Below are positions 56,010-63,280 of a stretch of 64,000 bases of DNA, in pieces. How positions within the stretch are numbered: position 1 is the stretch's first letter; each line of letters opens with the position of its first letter. The translations under genes were made by a program, and so were the position numbers. The notes beneath the pieces were generated by a model. The model did no database searches, was not told the DNA's origin, and was given only the letters and a program-made list of their open reading frames with translations. Source of the DNA: Thermodesulfovibrionales bacterium (GTDB lineage: Bacteria; Nitrospirota; Thermodesulfovibrionia; Thermodesulfovibrionales; UBA6898); NCBI GenBank assembly GCA_049799315.1, contig JBARHQ010000020.1:21085-85084 (forward strand), in the 5' to 3' direction.

Positions 56010-56453
56010 ATGAAGACGATATTTGTAATAGCCGCTGTAGTTATCTCTACCTTAATTCTGATGCTTTCCGTAGGAACCAATTTCTCGATGGCAGCTGATA
56101 AGATGATGGACAAAGATATGATGATGAAAGATGGCAACGCGATGATGATGGACAAGGGCCAGATGATGATGGATAAGGGCAAAATGATGAAAGAAGGCAT
56201 GATGGATAAGGACGCCATGATGAAGGAAGGCGAGATGATGATGAAGGAAGGCCAGATGATGATGGATAAAGGCTCCGGAATGAAAGACAAGATGATGATG
56301 AAGGCCGGAAAGATGATGATGAAGAATGGTGAGATGATGAAAACCGGTGAAATGGATAAGAAAATGATGAAGAAAGAGGGCCATAAGATGATGAAAGAGG
56401 GCAAAATGATGATGGATAAGGGCAAGAAGATGAAGGAAGAGCCAATGAAATAA
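56010..56453 (+). CDS. secreted methionine-rich repeat protein (about 35 % Met in the mature part)
   Basis: GGGAGGA SD. 28-aa signal peptide (..GTNFSMA/AD). By my count 42 of 119 mature residues are Met, in units such as MMMDKGQ / MMMKEGQ. The three long ORFs on the other strand are repeat artefacts. Confidence 0.75.
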   Translation: MKTIFVIAAVVISTLILMLSVGTNFSMAADKMMDKDMMMKDGNAMMMDKGQMMMDKGKMMKEGMMDKDAMMKEGEMMMKEGQMMMDKGSGMKDKMMMKAGKMMMKNGEMMKTGEMDKKMMKKEGHKMMKEGKMMMDKGKKMKEEPMK

Positions 56454-56710
56454 GATAAGAGGCCCTCAGATAAAGCTTTAAAGCGTCATATTCAGCCTTC
56501 AGAAAGTAGAATATCAGATTCGGATTTATTCGAGATTGTCGTGAGACCCGCTCATGCAACGCTATCGAAATGCCATGGGATTTGAAATTCTCCTGATAAT
56601 CAGAGCCGATGGGACAACCCCTTCCACAACTTGTCCCATCGGCATATTAAGCAACTATTGTTTGTTACAGTGCCGTACTTTTTACGGACGGATTACCCGC
56701 AAATGCAATC

Positions 56711-57073
56711 TTATTGACTCAGCCAACTCTTTGCCTCGGAAAGTTTATCATTGGCAAAAATTCTTACCGGATAGGGGATGATAAACCCGAATATTTTGAC
56801 TGCTTCCACGATCCAGCCGACATCGGAAACAACTGCAATTTTGTCGAATGCAGTGAGATGTTTAAACCCGACTTTGGCATCATCCCACATTGCCGCCGCT
56901 GTAAATTTATCGAAAGCCTGACCTAAGTGGTACAACAAACGAATCTTGGCATGTCTTTTCAGCTTTTCTTCCACCGCCGGAATCAGTATCTTTTCATAGT
57001 CATCGGCGGTTACTGTTCCCTTTGCGCTTACTGCAACGATATCGTCTGGCAGGTCCGGAATAAATTCTATCAT
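56711..57073 (-). CDS. STAS/SpoIIAA-like protein (DUF3478 type)
   Basis: 120 aa: MIEFIPDLPDDIVAVSAKGTVTADDYEKILIPAVEEKLKRHAKIRLLYHLG...KIAVVSD. Confidence 0.7.
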   Translation of the reverse strand: MIEFIPDLPDDIVAVSAKGTVTADDYEKILIPAVEEKLKRHAKIRLLYHLGQAFDKFTAAAMWDDAKVGFKHLTAFDKIAVVSDVGWIVEAVKIFGFIIPYPVRIFANDKLSEAKSWLSQ

Positions 57074-57699
57074 TTGATCCTCCTATGTAAGGTATTGAGG
57101 CAGTCCTGATTATTTTTAGTCTACCGGATAAATCCTATGGTTACAAGTATTATCAATATAGAGCGCTAACATTAGAGATCGAGATGAGGAATCGTAAGCC
57201 TAGGAGACATCCTTGTGTCGGAGAAAACCTTCGGCAGCAGCATTTGAAGGCTTGAGGGTTTTGCCATATCCGAGCCAGGTCTTGTCGATTCAAAATCATC
57301 TTCTATTTCGGTAGAAAAAGGGCATGAGATGTCTGCCATTTTATTTGCTTCATCTCCTAGGACTCAAAAGGAAACACAATAATAGTGGCTATACATAAGT
57401 TTTCTTAAGTGAACTGGTCAACGAAGATTACGACCCGAAGAACGTAAGCCAGTTGTGACATGTTATTTTGGAAATCAACACTGTCGCTGAGAAGGCCGCA
57501 GCGTTGGTTTGTCGGTGAAACCATCTCTGCCTGACAAGACAGCTATGGGGCCAGATAACATCTCAGCGGTCAAAAAACCGAGATTGGGATTATGTGTATG
57601 AAAGGTAAGTCCTGCAGGAGGAGACTGACCTGCCCATGTGATCTGGAACACTATCTAAAGTTACAGTGATAATATTGCGCTATTACTACAAATAAATAT

Positions 57700-57727
57700 T
57701 TGACTATGCAAAAACTCGGGGTATCAT
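57700..57727 (+). promoter_or_regulatory. sigma70-type promoter candidate for the YHS-msrB-msrA operon
   Basis: TTGACT (57700-57705), 16-nt spacer, TATCAT (57722-57727); about 70 nt upstream of the GTG at 57800. Confidence 0.45.
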
Positions 57728-57799
57728 TTAATTATTAATAGCGACCCGATATTTATCGGAGAGAACTATACGGACACATGTGCTTGCGAGGATATTACA

Positions 57800-58282
57800 G
57801 TGGATTTAGGCGTCCTTAAAAAAGGTTTCTTCATAGCTATTATTTCCTCGTCTGCGATCTTCTCATGTTCACATAGCCCCTTCATACCGGCAATTAATGC
57901 CACGTCGGAGGGAGTAGCGATAAAGGGGTATGATCCGGTTGCATATTTCACAGACGGACGGCCGATCAAGGGGAAGCCTGAATTCAAATACGCATGGAAC
58001 ACTGCGGAGTGGAGGTTTTCCAGCTCCGGTCATCTTGAGATGTTTATGCAAGATCCTGAAAAATATGCGCCCAGATACGGGGGCTACTGTGCCTATGCCG
58101 TGGGCCAGGGAAAAACCGCCGATATCGACCCCGACGCATGGACAATTTCTGAAGGAAAGTTATATCTCAATCTGGACATGGATGTGCAGAGATTATGGGG
58201 GAAGGACATGCAGATGTATATCCGAAAGGCCGACGAGAACTGGCCGCGAATGCTTAGCAAAAATAAAGGAGGTATCAAATGA
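57800..58282 (+). CDS. YHS-domain protein (family that also has selenoprotein members), with N-terminal export/anchor segment
   Basis: GTG start with GAGGAT upstream. Hydrophobic N-terminus. AIKGYDPVAYFTDGRPIKG...WRFSS..HLEMFMQDPEKYAPRYGGYCAYAV. Confidence 0.7.
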   Translation: MDLGVLKKGFFIAIISSSAIFSCSHSPFIPAINATSEGVAIKGYDPVAYFTDGRPIKGKPEFKYAWNTAEWRFSSSGHLEMFMQDPEKYAPRYGGYCAYAVGQGKTADIDPDAWTISEGKLYLNLDMDVQRLWGKDMQMYIRKADENWPRMLSKNKGGIK

Positions 58283-58836
58283 AATACTTGACCATATTCT
58301 TGGGGGTCCTGCTGACTGGATTCGTTGCAATCAGCATAGTTTTTTACGGCGGAATGGGAAAACAGGCCGGGGCGACAAGCGTAGCGTCGCCGTCGCCGAT
58401 AAAGGTGTATTCAGCTGAAAAAGGAGGCTACATCATGAGCGAAACAGTTGTTAAAACCGAAGAAGAGTGGAAAAAACTTCTGACGCCGGAACAGTTCCAT
58501 ATCCTGCGGAAAAAAGGGACTGAGCGGGCATTCTCCGGAATATACGACAAGAATTATGAGCACGGCATATACCGTTGTGCGGGCTGCGGCCTCGATCTTT
58601 ACAGGTCTGAAGACAAATTCGATTCCGGCACCGGCTGGCCGAGTTTCACGATGCCGATCGCTCCTGAGAACATCATCACCAGACCGGACAACAGCTTCTT
58701 CACTCATCGCACCGAGGTGGTCTGTCGCCGCTGCAACGGTCATATCGGTCATGTCTTTGACGATGGCCCGAAGCCGACCGGGCTGCGCTACTGCATGAAT
58801 TCAGCTGCCCTGCAATTCGTGGCGACCAAAAAATAA
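58279..58836 (+). CDS. msrB: peptide-methionine (R)-S-oxide reductase MsrB with N-terminal TM anchor (long form)
   Basis: ATGA overlap with the YHS gene stop and AAAGGAGG upstream. TM segment YLTIFLGVLLTGFVAISIVFYGG. MsrB motifs CAGCG, CRRCNGHIGHVFDDGP and RYCMNSAAL. A second SD+ATG lies in frame at 58435. Confidence 0.85.
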   Translation: MKYLTIFLGVLLTGFVAISIVFYGGMGKQAGATSVASPSPIKVYSAEKGGYIMSETVVKTEEEWKKLLTPEQFHILRKKGTERAFSGIYDKNYEHGIYRCAGCGLDLYRSEDKFDSGTGWPSFTMPIAPENIITRPDNSFFTHRTEVVCRRCNGHIGHVFDDGPKPTGLRYCMNSAALQFVATKK

Positions 58837-58862
58837 GCGGGTACCAACAGGGAGGAGACACA

Positions 58863-59471
58863 ATGAAAATGCTCATTATCACGATCATGGGATTGTCGTT
58901 GATACTCATCGCAATTACCCCAGTTATTGCTGCAACTAATCTTGAGAAAGCGACTTTTGCAGGTGGATGTTTCTGGTGCATGGAGCACCCGTTCGACGAG
59001 ATTCCAGGTGTTGTTTCGGTCACCTCTGGCTACACTGGCGGACAGAAAAAGAATCCCACTTATAAAGAAGTCTCGGCCGGAGGAACTGGGCATGCTGAGT
59101 CAGTTCAGGTCGTCTATGATCCGTCAAAGGTGACCTACGAGAAGCTCTTGAACGTTTTTTGGCACAACATCGACCCGACTGCCGAAGATCGACAGTTCTG
59201 TGATTCAGGGCATCAGTATAGAAGCGCTATTTTCTATCATACTGAAGAACAGCACCCGGTGGCGGTCCAGTCGAAGTCTCTATTGGAGAAGAACAAACCC
59301 TTCAAGGGACGGGTTGTGACTGAGATTGTGCAGGCCACCGAGTTTTACCCAGCCGAGGATTATCACCAGCACTATTACAAGAAAAACCCGATCCGTTACA
59401 AATTCTACCGGACTAACTGCGGTCGTGACCGTCGGCTTAAGGAGTTGTGGGGTAGCGACGCGGGCCATTGA
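58863..59471 (+). CDS. msrA: peptide-methionine (S)-S-oxide reductase MsrA with signal peptide
   Basis: Signal MKMLIITIMGLSLILIAITPVIAA. Catalytic GGCFWCMEH. Remainder is typical MsrA (GHAESVQVVYDP...). Confidence 0.9.
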   Translation: MKMLIITIMGLSLILIAITPVIAATNLEKATFAGGCFWCMEHPFDEIPGVVSVTSGYTGGQKKNPTYKEVSAGGTGHAESVQVVYDPSKVTYEKLLNVFWHNIDPTAEDRQFCDSGHQYRSAIFYHTEEQHPVAVQSKSLLEKNKPFKGRVVTEIVQATEFYPAEDYHQHYYKKNPIRYKFYRTNCGRDRRLKELWGSDAGH

Positions 59472-59618
59472 GAAAGGATAATTAGGCATGCCAAGGGATA
59501 TTCCGATAGGGAATGGCCGGTTGAAGAGGCCCCACGAAGTTAAACAACTTCCTTTACGCAAACAGTACGCCAAAAGACGTCATATTTCACCGAGGATCGA
59601 TGATTAGTTGGTGAAGAG

Positions 59619-60533
59619 TTATTCAACTCGGATCATATAGCTTGTGGTGATTATCTCGCTCCCGTATCCCACCTGCCCAAATATTTGATATAAGCCTGCA
59701 GCAGGGAAAATAGCATGAACTTCAATTTTAGGACCGAATTTATCGGGAACTGTCATCTTCATCTGCATGTGATGTTCATGATGCCCCATAGCTGGCATCC
59801 CAGGCAGTTCGCCATGAGCGTGAATGAAATGTGTGAGATCCCCCGATATTATCGCAAGATGCATTGGTGCCGAGAGCCAAGGTTCCAGTTTGGTGACAGG
59901 TTCTCCATTCTTTGTGAACGTATAACTGAGTGTAACTTCTTTCCCTGAAGTTATGCGCTCAGGAGTGGTCGCAAACGTAACATCAAGACCCCCAAATCTC
60001 TTTTTCCTGGAATAATCCTGTTTTGTAGGTCCCATCCTAGGTTCACCAGCAACATCAACCACGAAATGTTTCGAAAGCGGTGAATCATTGACGGCAAAGT
60101 CGATTCCGACGATATAACGACCAGCTTTTGGAAAGGTAAATCGTACAGGGTAGAGAGCGGTTTTTTTCATCTCGGGTGTTATCGGTCCGAAATCCTGAGG
60201 ATGAATGTGGGCAAAGACATCGAAATCCTGACTCGCAATTATGACGTGTATAAGTCTATCATGGTGTATAGTTAGGCCCTCTACAGGTTTCCCTTTGCTA
60301 TCCTTGAACGAAAACATGATAGCTGTGGGCGTCCCCACTGTAATATGCTCCGGTTCCGTTTTAATGCCTGCAATAATGTTATTTCCACCTTCGCCCTGTA
60401 TTTTTTGCATGTCCTTGTGCTGATGACCCTGCATTCCGCTCATCTCTGCAAAAACTTGGGTTGCGCCTAAGATAAGGAGTCCGCCAAAGAACATTGTGCC
60501 TGTCATTGCCAAAATCTTTTTTATTTTATTCAT
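59619..60533 (-). CDS. secreted two-domain His/Met-rich protein (probable metal-binding)
   Basis: 304 aa with signal peptide. EMSGMQGHQHKDMQ near the N-terminus. Repeated domains each end in an HxH-type motif (FAHIHPQDFGP; FIHAHGELPGMPAMGHHEHHMQMKM). No family name recognised. Confidence 0.6.
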   Translation of the reverse strand: MNKIKKILAMTGTMFFGGLLILGATQVFAEMSGMQGHQHKDMQKIQGEGGNNIIAGIKTEPEHITVGTPTAIMFSFKDSKGKPVEGLTIHHDRLIHVIIASQDFDVFAHIHPQDFGPITPEMKKTALYPVRFTFPKAGRYIVGIDFAVNDSPLSKHFVVDVAGEPRMGPTKQDYSRKKRFGGLDVTFATTPERITSGKEVTLSYTFTKNGEPVTKLEPWLSAPMHLAIISGDLTHFIHAHGELPGMPAMGHHEHHMQMKMTVPDKFGPKIEVHAIFPAAGLYQIFGQVGYGSEIITTSYMIRVE

Positions 60534-60626
60534 TTAAATTATCTCCTTTAACTTCGTGATGCTAATGACCTGCTGTGCGATAGCAAGTGTAGCCAAATGT
60601 GGGGTCAAATACGTGATTCAGTCGTC

Positions 60627-60635
60627 ATTCCACAA
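60627..60635. repeat. left 9-bp target-site duplication ATTCCACAA
   Basis: Identical 9-mer directly flanks both IS ends (60627-60635 and 61961-61969). Confidence 0.8.
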
Positions 60636-61960
60636 CAGTGCTGTCCGGTTAAAAAACCGCTGAACACTTAAAACTATATGACAGATAAGAATATTTGCAA
60701 TATTTTTAGTGGTGTCGACTTGAATACACGTCGACGAATGGGCAATCCTTTCGGAACTGAGATTTCCGGAGGTCCCAATGTACACTGGCAAAACCCTATT
60801 TGCGCAAATCATGGATTTTCTTCCTTGGAGCACATTTCATCGTATCGTTACTCGCTATGGAGGCGACCATCGTATTCGTACCTTTCGCTGCACGGAGCAG
60901 TTTCGGATTCTGGCGTTCGCCCAATTGACCTATCGGGAGAGTCTGCGCGACATAGAGGCGTGCCTGATGGCTCAGACATCGAAGCTCTATCATATGGGTA
61001 TCAGTGGAGCGATTTCTCGATCGACTCTGGCCGACGCAAACGAATCCCGCGACTGGCGCATCTACGCCGATTTTGCACAGAGACTGATCGCTCAAGCAAG
61101 ACGGCTCTATGCAGGCGAGGATTTGGGACTCGACCTTTCCAACACGGTTTATGCTCTGGACTCCACGACCATCGATCTTTGTCTTTCGGTGTTTCCATGG
61201 GCTCCATTCCGCGATACAAAAGCAGCGGTCAAAGTCCATACTCTCTTGGATCTCAAGGGTGCAATCCCGAGTTTCATCCATATCACCGACGGCAAGTGGC
61301 ACGACATCAACATGCTCGACCTGCTTGTTCCGGACCCCGGAGCGTTCTACATTATGGATCGAGCATACATGGACTTTGCTCGCCTCTATGCGTTGCACCG
61401 GGCAGGAAGTTTTTTCGTGACCCGCACGAAGTCGAACCTCAATGCGAGGCGCGTATACTCTGCGTCCGTCGACCGGTCCTCTGGCATTATCTGCGACCAG
61501 AGCATTATGTTGAACGGCTACTACAGTCATTGTCATTACCCCGAACATTTGCGTCGTATTCGCTTCAAAGATACCGAGAGAGACAAAACGCTGATCTTTC
61601 TTACCAACAACACGACCCTGCCGGCACTCACTATTGCTGCCCTCTACAAAAGCCGTTGGCAGATCGAACTGTTCTTCAAATGGATCAAACAGCATCTTCG
61701 CATCAAACGGTTTTATGGCACATCGGAAAACGCAGTGAAGACCCAAATCTGGATCGCCGTTTCCATGTATGTCCTCATCGCCATCATAAAGAAAAAGCTC
61801 AATCTCGATACGTCCCTTTATACATTGTTACAGATTCTCTCGATTACCCTTTTCGAGAAAATGCCTTTACAACAAGCATTTCAGACCACCGGAGAACGCT
61901 CAGCTATGCTCGAAAACCAAAACCAGTTGAATTTATTCACTTCTTAACCGGACACTAGTG
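60636..61960 (+). mobile_element. IS4-family insertion sequence (1325 bp), apparently intact
   Basis: Terminal inverted repeats CAGTGCTGTCCGGTTAA (60636-60652) and TTAACCGGACACTAGTG (61944-61960), 14/17 complementary. Single DDE transposase ORF. 9-bp direct repeats flank the element. Confidence 0.85.
60778..61947 (+). CDS. IS4-family DDE transposase (DUF4372-type N-terminus)
   Basis: 389 aa. MYTGKTLFAQIMDFLPWSTFHRIV...ALDSTTIDL...YIMDRAY...YKSRWQIELFFKWIKQHLRIK (Y-R-E-K signature). Confidence 0.9.
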   Translation: MYTGKTLFAQIMDFLPWSTFHRIVTRYGGDHRIRTFRCTEQFRILAFAQLTYRESLRDIEACLMAQTSKLYHMGISGAISRSTLADANESRDWRIYADFAQRLIAQARRLYAGEDLGLDLSNTVYALDSTTIDLCLSVFPWAPFRDTKAAVKVHTLLDLKGAIPSFIHITDGKWHDINMLDLLVPDPGAFYIMDRAYMDFARLYALHRAGSFFVTRTKSNLNARRVYSASVDRSSGIICDQSIMLNGYYSHCHYPEHLRRIRFKDTERDKTLIFLTNNTTLPALTIAALYKSRWQIELFFKWIKQHLRIKRFYGTSENAVKTQIWIAVSMYVLIAIIKKKLNLDTSLYTLLQILSITLFEKMPLQQAFQTTGERSAMLENQNQLNLFTS

Positions 61961-61969
61961 ATTCCACAA
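61961..61969. repeat. right 9-bp target-site duplication ATTCCACAA
   Basis: See the left copy. Confidence 0.8.
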
Positions 61970-62002
61970 GTCTCTTTACTCAAAAATGTTTTTTTAAAGC
62001 CA

Positions 62003-62467
62003 TCATATTTCTTCTGTCACAAGCTGGTCTTTGATTGCGATGCAGCCGATCACGCTCTGGGCCGCTGGGCAGAGGTGCAGATATGATGAGAATGCCTCCC
62101 GGGCTGCTCCGATCTGTTCTTTCGAGACTTTCAGGTGATAGGTGACTCGTATCGCGGTCATTTTTAGCACTCCATTGACGTTTTCGATATCGCCCTCTCC
62201 CTCAGCCCTATACCGGTCTTCTCTAGTAAAGATTTTCTTTCCGGCCAACACTGTGGCCAGTGTACCCATCATTCAGGCGGCAGTGGCAGCAATAATATGG
62301 TCGAGCGTTGCTGCATGCTCCTCTTCAGGCTCGACCTTGTAAAACCTCTTGATTCCCCCGTGGACACCATAATAGACAGGCTCGTTGAATCCCTCGATCA
62401 TCGCCCTTCTGGTCGGGCCTTTCTCTCTAACGATCGTCACGCGTGACGTATGAACAATCTCTCCCAT
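62003..62467 (-). CDS. OsmC-family peroxiredoxin-like protein with in-frame TGA at the catalytic Cys position (candidate selenoprotein, or pseudogene)
   Basis: Track ORFs 62273-62467 and 62003-62272 are contiguous in one frame: ...TLDHIIAATAA-TGA(62275-62273)-MMGTLATVLAGKK...SSYLHLCPAAQSV... OsmC proteins have ..A(L/A)A(G/A)C.. at this position and a second C-P motif near the C-terminus. A hairpin lies 13-35 nt after the TGA. Confidence 0.65.
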
Positions 62468-62934
62468 GAACTCCTCCTTTATTCCTGATTATATGGCAAA
62501 TTACGCCTTTTGCATAGAAGACTCGAAGAGGACATGGATTTTCTCAGAACCATTTCATTCATCTGGAAATCGTGAATCATTAGGCTACACCTGGGGTGAA
62601 ACTTAGTGGCTGCAAGTGAGATTTGGGACTCGGACCCGTTGGTGTTTCTTGCAGGATGTACATCGCAAAGCAAGCCTAAATTCAGTTGTGAATGTTTGAA
62701 TCGGAAGTCCTGTGTCAGCTAAAAACCAGCCGGCGAGGGTTAGCCGGAAGCAAAGATCTCAGCCTTGCTTAAGCGCTGGTCACAGAGCCGTGCATACTTT
62801 GGTGTGATACTAACCTTTCCGTGCTGTCGCGCGGCATTCATAAATTATAGAGAGAAACAAACACCGACCAATCTCTTGTCGCAAGAGAGTGCGAAAAAGG
62901 TGGAACTGTCCCACTCCCCAAAAAGCCCTGCTTC

Positions 62935-63132
62935 TTACGAAATCTTGCTCTTCAGTTTCTTTGCGTAGTCCGAGGCATACTCAGAGGCATCTTCAGCCAT
63001 ATCCCTGATCTGGGCCCTGGTCTTTCTGCCTGACTGCGGGGCGAGGAGCAGTGCCAGTCCGGCCCCGACGATCCCCCCGATCAGAAAAGATGCCAGAATC
63101 TCAACGCTGTGATTGTCGTCTCTGTTTAACAT
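62935..63132 (-). CDS. YtxH-domain protein
   Basis: 65 aa. ILASFLIGGIVGAGLALLLAPQSGRKTRAQIRD is the YtxH signature. Confidence 0.8.
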   Translation of the reverse strand: MLNRDDNHSVEILASFLIGGIVGAGLALLLAPQSGRKTRAQIRDMAEDASEYASDYAKKLKSKIS

Positions 63133-63280
63133 TGCTGTCTCCTTTCAGTCCTTTTCTTCCATCCTAGCATGATCTGTGCCGACGGTCAACCCGAATGCAA
63201 CACCCGAATCCAGCACCGGGTTGCCTTTTAAATTACAAGGTTAATCTGTTATATTGACCGTATGGAAAAAGGGAAAATGT

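Noticed and set aside
56095-56440. Regularly spaced short repeats that might suggest a CRISPR-like array.
   Set aside because: The units are 15-24 nt, irregular, contiguous (no spacers) and in frame within a coding sequence. No cas genes are present.
55985-56559. Three long minus-strand ORFs (146, 170 and 110 aa) rich in Ile/Pro/Ser, Ser/Pro and His/Leu, overlapping the Met-rich gene.
   Set aside because: They are the reverse-complement frames of the ATG-rich repeat (CAT gives His, ATC/ATT gives Ile, TCA gives Ser). They have no SD or signal logic, whereas the plus-strand frame has an SD and a signal peptide.
59488-59607. 39-aa ORF after msrA starting MPRDIPIGNG, reminiscent of the N-terminus of some GH15-family glycoside hydrolases (a possible gene remnant).
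   Set aside because: Only about 10 residues resemble what I remember, and the rest diverges immediately. It is too short to support without a database search.
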